Shown here: positions 1 through 7,331 of the stretch, in pieces
How the letters are laid out: the number at the start of each line of letters is the position of its first letter
Numbering within the stretch: the stretch's first letter is position 1
Source: Eubacteriales bacterium
GTDB taxonomy: Bacteria; Bacillota; Clostridia; Oscillospirales; CAG-272
DNA length: 56,381 bases
Direction: 5' to 3'
NCBI GenBank assembly: GCA_045633025.1
Contig: JAZQXS010000159.1
Coordinates: 1-56,381 of the forward strand
Made by a program: the position numbers and the translations under genes
The notes under the pieces: generated by a model
What the model was told of the DNA's origin: nothing
Seen by the model: only the letters and a program-made list of their open reading frames with translations
The model's database searches: none

Positions 1-141
1 GATCCGCCAAACGGCTTCGGTTGCGTTGGAATGCGTGGCGGTTCTGCGTCCGCACGTCTCGACGATCCCGACGTCCTTCATCTCGGTAAGCCTGGGGGCG
101 ACGAAATTGCGGTTGAAATACGGGATCAGACCGACCTTAAC
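1..141. repeat. Terminal direct repeat, identical to 56241-56381 (circular assembly overlap)
   Basis: Direct comparison of the two window ends gives 141/141 identical bases. Confidence 0.95.
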
Positions 142-276
142 CAGCTCGTCCGCGATCTCGCTCACGGTCATTTCGCGGTTGCCGAGCGTTCGCAGGATCA
201 AGCGGCAACGCTCTGTTACCTTCGGCAGCACCGCCTCGTAGCTTTCCCTGCGCGTTTCCTTTGTGATTTCGCTCAT
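1..276 (-). CDS. Winged-helix DNA-binding protein, N-terminal part. The ORF runs off the left edge and is completed by 56223-56381 (97 aa in total).
   Basis: The ATG is at 276-274. Hand translation gives MSEITKETRRESYEAVLPKVTERCRLILRTLGNREMTVSEIADELVKVGLIPYF..., with no stop before base 1. Confidence 0.6.
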   Translation of the reverse strand, partial: MSEITKETRRESYEAVLPKVTERCRLILRTLGNREMTVSEIADELVKVGLIPYFNRNFVAPRLTEMKDVGIVETCGRRTATHSNATEAVWRI

Positions 277-296
277 TTGCTTCTTCCTCCTTTATT

Positions 297-485
297 TCAC
301 TTCACCAGATCGTCCATAGTCTTTCCGAGAACTCTGGAAAGCTCCATCAACACGGGAACCGACGGGACCTTGACTCCCGTCTCAAAATAGTGGAGTGCCA
401 CTTGCGTTACTCCAACAGATTCGGCAACCTTCTGCTGAGACCAATTTTTCTCTTCTCTTGCCTTTTTCAAATTTTCCGAAAGCAA
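297..485 (-). CDS. XRE-family HTH regulator, Cro-like (62 aa)
   Basis: TTG start preceded by GGAGG at 8 nt. HTH motif WSQQKVAESVGVTQVALHYFETG. The gene is divergent from the S24 repressor. Confidence 0.8.
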   Translation of the reverse strand: MLSENLKKAREEKNWSQQKVAESVGVTQVALHYFETGVKVPSVPVLMELSRVLGKTMDDLVK

Positions 486-524
486 AATTTTTACCTCCTT
501 TTTTTACTTTTATAACCAAACTTA

Positions 525-553
525 TTGACAAAGTGTATTTTTTAGAGTATAAT
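525..553 (+). promoter_or_regulatory. Consensus sigma70-type promoter pointing at the tandem RNA elements
   Basis: TTGACA at 525-530, a 17-bp spacer, then TATAAT at 548-553. Confidence 0.6.
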
Positions 554-654
554 GAAAGCGCCAACCAACAAAATACTAACTAAAATTACTTTTATCGGTG
601 TATTTGGTTTATATAATCAATCCGACAATGCGGAAGGACTATCATTGTTTATAT

Positions 655-1000
655 TTCACAACTGAAAATTGCCCCGTAAGACGGGAGAAAGGAGGTATCT
701 GCCCATGGAGGCAATACTGAAACTCACCCGCGTGTCTTGTTGTCAACGTATCGAAGCGAAAGCATTTCCGAGCGTTGGCTTCACCGTGTAGGCTACGGGC
801 AACCCGCGGTCGCGGTAAAACGGAATCAAAACCGTTAAAGCTACACGATTCATACACTTGTAACCCCAAATTGCAGGAGGCGTGGAGACACAACATTACC
901 CACTCCGTGTGAAAGACGCAAAAATTTGGCGTTCTCGGTTCCTCGTTTGGGGCTTGGAGCCGAGAATGGTTACACCTGCGAGGCAATTTTCAGTTGTGAA
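655..1000 (+). ncRNA. Structured RNA candidate, unit 1 (about 346 nt, family unknown; strand tentative)
   Basis: A perfect 19-bp closing helix pairs 655-673 with 982-1000. Internal helices include 786-791/841-846. Blocks are shared with unit 2. There is no conserved ORF. Confidence 0.55.
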
Positions 1001-1005
1001 GGTCA

Positions 1006-1029
1006 TAACCTCGATTGTGATACCATTAT
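1006..1029 (+). repeat. 24-nt direct repeat TAACC[T/A]CGATTGTGATACCATTAT, copy 1, immediately 3' of RNA unit 1
   Basis: 23/24 identical to 1382-1405. Confidence 0.85.
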
Positions 1030-1038
1030 TTTGTTACA

Positions 1039-1383
1039 TATCATTCATCGCAAAGCCCAACGAGGCACGAAAGGAGGAATCTCCGTTGGAGAAATTTTTT
1101 CTTTCGCCTGCGCATTTGATGGTCGTCGGCAGCGTAATTGCGTTTGAACCCCGACGGCTGTCCGATACGGGCTACGGGCGAGTGCTTATTTAACACAACA
1201 AACAACAAGCACTTGGGCTGAACCACAACAGTCGAAGCCGTATCACCCCCTACACTCCAGCCCCAAATGGTGAGATCGAAAGACTTTTTTTCAGTATGGG
1301 GAAATGCACAAATTTGGCATTTTGCAGAGACCTTTGGGGAGGTCGATGCAAGATGTCCTCGTCGGGCTTTGCGATGAATGATA
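1039..1383 (+). ncRNA. Structured RNA candidate, unit 2 (about 345 nt, homologous to unit 1)
   Basis: A perfect 20-bp closing helix pairs 1039-1058 with 1364-1383. Helix 1164-1170/1238-1244 covaries with unit 1. Shared blocks are GAAAGGAGGWATCT, GGCTACGGGC, CCCCAAAT, GAAAGAC, AAATTTGGC and TTTGGGG. Confidence 0.55.
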
Positions 1384-1405
1384 ACCACGATTGTGATACC
1401 ATTAT
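1382..1405 (+). repeat. 24-nt direct repeat, copy 2, overlapping the last 2 nt of RNA unit 2 (ends 1383) and continuing 3' of it
   Basis: 23/24 identical to 1006-1029. Confidence 0.85.
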
Positions 1406-1516
1406 AACTCACTAAACGCACTTTGTCAACATAAAAACTCACTTTATTGCACTTTTGTATGATTGCACAAAAACAACTTGGTGAGTTTAGTGATTTTATG
1501 TAAAGGAGAAATAAAA

Positions 1517-2170
1517 ATGTTTTGGTCAAAACTTGTATCTCTATGCAATCAAAAAGGAACAAGCCCAACCGCTGTATGCGTTGAGCTTGGATTTTCAAAC
1601 GCGCTTGCAGTAAAGTGGAAGCGTGGTTCCGTACCGAGAGACACCACGATCCAAAAGATTGCCGACTATTTCGAAGTCCCTGTTTCCTATTTCTCGGAGT
1701 CGGACGTTTCCACCGCCGCCTCCGTTGCCATCCGCATGGCGCGTGATCCTGCGTTTGCCGCATCGGTTCAGAATCGAGGCGTGCGCGTTCCTGTTTATGG
1801 AAACGTGGCGGCAGGCATACCGATCGAGGCGATCACCGACATCGAGGACTATGAGGAGATATCGCAGGAGATGGCGGCAAAAGGAGAATATGCAGCTCTG
1901 CGCATCCACGGAGATAGCATGGAGCCAAAAATGTCCGACGGAGACGTGGTGATCGTCCGCTTGCAGGAAACCGTGGAGAGTGGTGAGACCGCAATCGTGA
2001 TGGTCAACGGTAGCGACGCGACCTGCAAGAAGATCATGCGCACCGACGAAGGCATCATGCTGATTGCCACCAATCCCAAATACGCCCCCATGTTCTACTC
2101 CAACAAGCAGATCGAGGATCTTCCCGTCCGCATATGGGGTAAAGTCGTGGAGTTGAGAGCGAAGTTTTAA
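1517..2170 (+). CDS. LexA/CI-type phage repressor (N-terminal XRE HTH plus C-terminal S24 peptidase)
   Basis: AGGAGA RBS 7 nt before the ATG at 1517. Catalytic Ser motif GDSMEP and Lys motif CKKI. HTH SPTAVCVELGFSNALAVKWKRG. Confidence 0.85.
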   Translation: MFWSKLVSLCNQKGTSPTAVCVELGFSNALAVKWKRGSVPRDTTIQKIADYFEVPVSYFSESDVSTAASVAIRMARDPAFAASVQNRGVRVPVYGNVAAGIPIEAITDIEDYEEISQEMAAKGEYAALRIHGDSMEPKMSDGDVVIVRLQETVESGETAIVMVNGSDATCKKIMRTDEGIMLIATNPKYAPMFYSNKQIEDLPVRIWGKVVELRAKF

Positions 2171-2189
2171 CAAGTCTGGTTATATTTTA

Positions 2190-2296
2190 TCACAAGAACT
2201 TGTGAATTTCAATATATTTTCACAACTTCTTATGAATTTGTAACTTTGAACAAATTTGGGAGAATTATTTTATGATAAATTCACAAGAACTTGCGA
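2190..2296 (+). promoter_or_regulatory. Three operator-like 16-bp sites
   Basis: TCACAAGAACTTGTGA (2190-2205, palindromic), TCACAACTTCTTATGA (2220-2235) and TCACAAGAACTTGCGA (2281-2296). They lie upstream of and across the start of the 2272 HTH gene. Confidence 0.45.
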
Positions 2297-2505
2297 ACAA
2301 AATAAAAAGTCTATTAAAATCAAAAAAAATAACAGTCGGAAAAATGCTTTCCGACTGCGGATTGAGTATCAACACATTGGCATCTATGCAATCGGGTGGA
2401 TATTACCCACGCATAGAAGCAATTTGCAAAATAGCCGACTACTTGGATTGCTCCGTAGATTATCTGCTCGGCAGGACGGAGAATCCGAATAGTCATAAAA
2501 AATGA
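2272..2505 (+). CDS. XRE-family HTH regulator (77 aa)
   Basis: HTH VGKMLSDCGLSINTLASMQSG and the typical C-terminal CSVDYLLGRTE. Confidence 0.8.
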   Translation: MINSQELANKIKSLLKSKKITVGKMLSDCGLSINTLASMQSGGYYPRIEAICKIADYLDCSVDYLLGRTENPNSHKK

Positions 2506-2523
2506 GAAAGGATAGATGATGAA

Positions 2524-4059
2524 ATGAGCCCCCCAAAAACGACATTCTTCTTCATAAAATTCGGTTATTCACTAATTTTTTATGCTTCTTTTTTAGTCTC
2601 TACCATATTCCTTGTTCTCTTTTTCGCCAATGGAGCTTTCATCAATGGGCTTGTCTGGGCAGTTATTATTTTTACAGTTTGCCTTTACTTGTTATTATTT
2701 GAAACCATACAATACAAAAAAGTATTAAAAAAACAAGATTTTGATTCTCTACAGAAGCTAAATGATAGCAACACTATTATGTCCGCCGTAAACATGGTGA
2801 TGGCTTTCTTTGGAATCCCTATCATCTGTAGCACGATCCTTTCTGTTAGTTTCGATGTCTCTTACCATGCTATACCATCTTACAATTTGGTATGGTTGCG
2901 CATTGTACCATATGTAAATATAATTGCGTATTCGGTAACGCTGATCACCTTTTCCCTCATTCACTTGATTTTTTTCTCCTCTCTGTATCGTCAGGAGCAG
3001 ATAAAGAAGAAAGCTACTGAAGAACTAATACTTCAAGAATTGAAGAAAAGATTTGAAAGCAAAAAAGATGATCTATCAAAACTAACGGAAAAATATTATA
3101 ATGCGGTCTGTAAGTATAACGAGAGCCTACCATATCCACCTTTTTTGATTTTTTCAGACTCCGATCTGTCGCCCGTCATACTCTCTTCTCATTACTGGGA
3201 TAATGCAAACGAATTATTAAAATGTTATATGGTTGAAGATGGATTTTGTAAAAAAGAAATTAAAACCTTGACAGAAGACATGCAAACAGTAATCGATGAC
3301 ACTATAGTTTTTGTCTCCGAACTTAAGAACCGCATTTCTCCCGAATGGAATGACAGCGAATCCATATCTTCTGCGATTTATTTTATTATCCGAAACAATA
3401 TCATTCGATACTATTGGGATACTCTAAAAGGAGATGGCATTGAAACAATAGAACAGTTGGTCCTACATCTTTGTAATGAAGAAACCGATAATACGTTCCG
3501 CGTACCTAAAGCTTTTTATACCTATTTTTGGATATACGAAACGGATATTAACTTGCCATTAAAAGAAACTTACAATCGTTTTTCAAATGAAATTGACGAA
3601 TATTACAAGGAATATAAAGTAAACTCAAAACGCGAATCGTTTTTTGACAATTACACAACAAATGCTAATTTCGCCGATCAAATTCCACCTATTGATGCTG
3701 AAGCAGATATGATGTTCCAAATCGACATCATGTCGGGGAGGCAGTTTGAAGAATTTATAGCAGATTTCTTCAGAAAACAGGGCTATAAAACAACTTTAAC
3801 CCCATCTTCTGGAGATTATGGAATTGACGTTATCATCGAAAATGATTTCTTGAAAATCGGAATCCAAACAAAATGCTATACCGATAAAGTCCCAAACGCT
3901 GCCGTTCAAGAAGCAGTAACGGGAATAAGGCATTACGGTTTGGATAAGGCAATGGTGATCACAAACAGTTATTTTCAGCCATCTGCGATTCGACTTGCAA
4001 AAGATAACAATGTTATTCTTTGGGATCGAGACAAATTGGAAACCGAGCTTACCAAATAA
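2524..4059 (+). CDS. Membrane-anchored protein with a C-terminal Mrr-like (PD-(D/E)XK) restriction-endonuclease domain
   Basis: Several N-terminal hydrophobic helices (for example FINGLVWAVIIFTVCLYLLLF). The C-terminus reads SGRQFEEFIADFFRKQGY...GDYGIDVII...IGIQTKCY...AMVITNSYF, typical of the Mrr catalytic domain. Confidence 0.7.
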   Translation: MSPPKTTFFFIKFGYSLIFYASFLVSTIFLVLFFANGAFINGLVWAVIIFTVCLYLLLFETIQYKKVLKKQDFDSLQKLNDSNTIMSAVNMVMAFFGIPIICSTILSVSFDVSYHAIPSYNLVWLRIVPYVNIIAYSVTLITFSLIHLIFFSSLYRQEQIKKKATEELILQELKKRFESKKDDLSKLTEKYYNAVCKYNESLPYPPFLIFSDSDLSPVILSSHYWDNANELLKCYMVEDGFCKKEIKTLTEDMQTVIDDTIVFVSELKNRISPEWNDSESISSAIYFIIRNNIIRYYWDTLKGDGIETIEQLVLHLCNEETDNTFRVPKAFYTYFWIYETDINLPLKETYNRFSNEIDEYYKEYKVNSKRESFFDNYTTNANFADQIPPIDAEADMMFQIDIMSGRQFEEFIADFFRKQGYKTTLTPSSGDYGIDVIIENDFLKIGIQTKCYTDKVPNAAVQEAVTGIRHYGLDKAMVITNSYFQPSAIRLAKDNNVILWDRDKLETELTK

Positions 4060-4065
4060 AAAAAT

Positions 4066-4085
4066 CCCTCCCCTTTCGGGGAGGG
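4066..4085 (+). terminator. GC-rich hairpin just after the 2524-4059 stop codon
   Basis: CCCTCCCC-TTTC-GGGGAGGG. The A-run is upstream, and there is no T-run on the plus strand. Confidence 0.45.
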
Positions 4086-4446
4086 CGAACGGAGGAAAAT
4101 AGGCTTTACCACCACCTTTCATTTGGTAAACGTTGAATCTATCGACGATCGTGTACTTTGTAGAAGTATCTGATAGATCAGATCAAGGATCGTGTATTCA
4201 TTGGTCTCTTTCAGCATTTCTCGAATGCCTCTACGTAAAGTGGTCAGGTCGTCGGGTTCCATGTTCGTTGTTTTCTCCTGTTGTTTTTTATTCAGAGGGT
4301 GTTCCCTCTTGTACCTTTATTATACTCCGCAGAAGCGCATTTTGCAATCGGGCAAATATTCATTTGGCACAAATAAATTTACGGCATATATCCGCAAATT
4401 CACTTATTCGCTAAATAAGAAAAACGTAGAAAGTGAGGATTTTTCC

Positions 4447-4827
4447 TTGTACAGAGATCGTTTGGAAGAAATCAGAAAAGAAAAAGGCTTATCTAACCGC
4501 AGGTGGTCTGAAGAAAGCGGCGTTTCGCTTGATACGATCGGACGTATTATTCACCCAGAAAATCCAGACAAGGATTCCCCGAGAGTAAACACCCTTGAAG
4601 ATTTATGCAAGCCGCTTGGCGTAGAACTTTGGGAAATCTTTTATATCGGCGAACACAGCTTTGTTGCGCTCCAAGCTGAACTCCTGGCTTTACGCGAAGA
4701 ACGAGACAAGCTGCTTGCGGAGAACGCCGTGCAAAGCGCAACGATCGATTCCCTAAAGGAAAAAGTGGATTCGCTCAAGGATCAGATCATCGACACCCAC
4801 AACTATTACATGAGGACGAGGAACTAA
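4447..4827 (+). CDS. HTH plus coiled-coil protein upstream of the integrase (possible excision or immunity regulator; start uncertain)
   Basis: In-frame TTG at 4447 after GAGGA. Contains RLEEIRKEKGLSNRRWSEESGVSLDTIGRI and a C-terminal heptad-like LQAELLALREERDKLLAEN. Confidence 0.55.
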   Translation: MYRDRLEEIRKEKGLSNRRWSEESGVSLDTIGRIIHPENPDKDSPRVNTLEDLCKPLGVELWEIFYIGEHSFVALQAELLALREERDKLLAENAVQSATIDSLKEKVDSLKDQIIDTHNYYMRTRN

Positions 4828-4833
4828 AGGAAG

Positions 4834-5961
4834 ATGGAACAATACTACATTTCCTCAACCAAATACAATATTCAAGAGCGCAGTACGAAGCTGAACGGCA
4901 AGGTCTATGACGTTGTGTTCTACCTGCAAACGCTCGATGGCGTGAAAAAGCAGAAGCGGCTATCCGGGTACAAGACCAAGACCGCCGCAAAAGAGGGATA
5001 TACCAGCTTCGTGACAAAGCATTGCACGCTCGCCAAGGTAGCGCCGAAACGAAACGAGGGAGCAACCGAGATTCCGACCGTCGCAGAGATGTTCCCACTC
5101 TACATTCAATCGTGCGCCAACCAAACCAAGGAATCCACCATTTACGACCGCCAAGGGATCTTCAAATCCATCATCCTTCCCATGCTCGGAAGCCTCCGCA
5201 TGACCGAGCTGACAAAGGAACGTCTGTATCAATGGCAAGATCAGCTATGGTCCATGAAAAGTGATCGGACAAAGGATTTCTATAGCTACGAGTACCTTTC
5301 CTCTATCCGAGGACACCTGAGCGCGTTCCTTTCATGGGCCGAGGCGCGCCATAGCTACGCCAATAATCTGAAGCTCGTCAAGAAGCCGAAGCCGCGCGTC
5401 CAAAAGACCGAAATGCAATTCTGGAGCCGCGAGGAGTTCGACCAATTCATAGAGGTGGTCGATGACCCACGTTACAGGATGATGTTCACCATGTCCTTCT
5501 TCACAGGAAGAAGAAAGGGAGAGATCCTTGCGCTCTCCCCCTCCGACATCAAAGCGGATTCCATTCTGTTCAATAAAACCTATTCCCGCAAGACCGTGGA
5601 CAGTTCCCCATACAAGATCACAACGTCGAAAAACGAAAAGATCGGATACACCCCCATCTGCCCCGCGCTGCGGAACGCCCTTGCCGGGTATGAGGGAGAA
5701 GCCCCGTTCTTTTTCGGCGGAGAAAACCCCATCCATGAAAATACCCTCACCCACGCCTTTGAAGCCTATATCAAAAAGGCGGGAGTCAAACGCATCCGCT
5801 ACCACGACCTGCGCCATTCCTTTGTATCTATCCTGCTGCACCACAACGCAAACTATATGGTCGTCGCAGATCTCATTGGAGACACCGTGGATCAAGTCAT
5901 AAAGACCTACGGACACCTCTACGAAACCGATAAAATAAAGGTTGTCGAGAGCATAATTTGA
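4834..5961 (+). CDS. int: Tyrosine integrase
   Basis: Catalytic signature GRRKGEILAL...RYHDLRHSF...TYGHLY. Confidence 0.9.
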   Translation: MEQYYISSTKYNIQERSTKLNGKVYDVVFYLQTLDGVKKQKRLSGYKTKTAAKEGYTSFVTKHCTLAKVAPKRNEGATEIPTVAEMFPLYIQSCANQTKESTIYDRQGIFKSIILPMLGSLRMTELTKERLYQWQDQLWSMKSDRTKDFYSYEYLSSIRGHLSAFLSWAEARHSYANNLKLVKKPKPRVQKTEMQFWSREEFDQFIEVVDDPRYRMMFTMSFFTGRRKGEILALSPSDIKADSILFNKTYSRKTVDSSPYKITTSKNEKIGYTPICPALRNALAGYEGEAPFFFGGENPIHENTLTHAFEAYIKKAGVKRIRYHDLRHSFVSILLHHNANYMVVADLIGDTVDQVIKTYGHLYETDKIKVVESII

Positions 5962-6083
5962 AGCGAAATATTACACAAATATTACATCAACTCAAAAAAC
6001 GCAATATATTGTGCCATATATCGAGGCGCAAACACTATATTTTGCGTTCAAAATACTCTCCCTGTTTCCACCAAACATTAAAA

Positions 6084-6138
6084 AACGGCTATTTTTGTTG
6101 CATTTTGCACAAATAAAATAGCCGTTCGCTTTGTTTTT
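6084..6138. terminator. Hairpin between the convergent int and cysteine desulfurase genes
   Basis: AACGGCTATTT...AAATAGCCGTT followed by CGCTTTGTTTTT, with an A-run upstream. Confidence 0.5.
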
Positions 6139-6194
6139 ATGTTCATTTAGACGATTGTAGAAAATATAAAACGCTTGTAATATTACTAAATTTA

Positions 6195-7331
6195 TTACAT
6201 CGCCTCTCGAATCACTTTAACACAATCAGCAAACGCATCTATCGCTCTATCGATCTCCCATTCCGTCGTGCATCTCGAAAGAGAGATTCTAACCGCGCTC
6301 AACGCTCTTTCATCCGACATTCCCATCGCCCGCAGTACACCGCTTGGCATTGTTGAGCCACTACAGCACGCAGATCCCGTGGAGCAGTATACCCCGTAAA
6401 GATGCGACAGCATCGAGACGAGACCATCCCCTTTGATGCCCTCCAGCGAGACATTCAGGATATGAGGAACCGATCCGTCTATGGCTCCGTTGAGAAGGAC
6501 GCCCCCCACCTTGTTCTCAAGACCAGCGAGCATCTGACCGCGCAGGATGCGGATCCTGTAATCGTCGTGCGCTTCCGAGAGAGCCACCGCCATTCCAATG
6601 ATCCCAGCTACGTTCTCCGTCCCAGCTCGCCTGTTGTTCTCCTGTGCTCCACCCACCAAGAGCGCGTGATAGCGCGTCAGGAGCGTTGGAAGCATCAAGC
6701 AACCGACTCCCTTGGGTCCATGAAATTTATGCGCGGAGAACGCTATGCTTGCCTCCTTCAGCTCGACACCCAGCGATATATGACCGACCGCCTGCGTAGC
6801 GTCGCAGTGATACGAGATCCCTTTCTCCTCGCAGATCTGTGCAACCTCTCGGAAAGGCTGTATCATACCCGTCTCGTTGTTGACTGCCATGAGGCAAACC
6901 ATACAAGTATCGCCCCGAATCTCACGCGCCACAGATTCGACGTCTACTACGCCATTCCGATCGGGATAGACTACCGACAGGGAAAATCCCCTCTCCTTCT
7001 TCAATCGTCTGCAACACTCCAATACAGACGGATGCTCAATGGCGGACACAACGATATGACGCCGACCCATCCGTTCTCCCTCCAATGCATAGTGCAAGAT
7101 CGCCGCATTATTCGCCTCGGTCGCCCCCGACGTAAACACCAATCTCGCAGGATCCACGCCCAGGCACTTGCCTACCATGCCCCGCGCCTTCTCAATCTCG
7201 CCCCGCGCCGCAATCCCCATGCCATGCCCCGAGGAAGCATTCCCGTAGCTTTCTCGCATGATCTCTACCATAGCCGCCATCGCCTTGTCGCTTACCCGCG
7301 TCGTCGCCGCATTGTCCATGTATATCCCCAT
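6195..7331 (-). CDS. nifS: Cysteine desulfurase (class V aminotransferase, NifS/IscS type)
   Basis: YMDNAATT N-terminus, PLP-lysine motif SAHKFHGPKGVG and active-site loop STGSACCSGS. GGAGG lies 6 nt before the ATG. Confidence 0.85.
   Translation of the reverse strand: MGIYMDNAATTRVSDKAMAAMVEIMRESYGNASSGHGMGIAARGEIEKARGMVGKCLGVDPARLVFTSGATEANNAAILHYALEGERMGRRHIVVSAIEHPSVLECCRRLKKERGFSLSVVYPDRNGVVDVESVAREIRGDTCMVCLMAVNNETGMIQPFREVAQICEEKGISYHCDATQAVGHISLGVELKEASIAFSAHKFHGPKGVGCLMLPTLLTRYHALLVGGAQENNRRAGTENVAGIIGMAVALSEAHDDYRIRILRGQMLAGLENKVGGVLLNGAIDGSVPHILNVSLEGIKGDGLVSMLSHLYGVYCSTGSACCSGSTMPSGVLRAMGMSDERALSAVRISLSRCTTEWEIDRAIDAFADCVKVIREAM

Noticed and set aside
655-1383. Interpreting the two units as MITEs with terminal inverted repeats
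   Set aside because: MITE copies of one family share their terminal repeats. Here the terminal helices differ completely while the interior is conserved, and no target-site duplications are apparent.
655-1383. Interpreting the two units as retron msr-msd with a1/a2 repeats
   Set aside because: The only RT in the window is 46 kb away and is clearly DGR-type, with its own TR. The units are also larger than typical retron ncRNAs.
642-1763. ORFs 642-986 (minus), 882-1193 (plus), 926-1147 (plus) and 1041-1763 (minus) covering the non-coding gap
   Set aside because: Their translations are not conserved between the two homologous units. They cross the long-range helices, and their sequences are low-complexity or basic and look like artefacts. 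The SD-like GAAAGGAGG blocks are followed by unrelated short frames in the two copies.
4192-4446. N-terminal part of ORF 4192-4827
   Set aside because: The translation is hydrophobic junk across an AT-rich promoter-like region. The HTH domain begins after the TTG at 4447, which is preceded by GAGGA.
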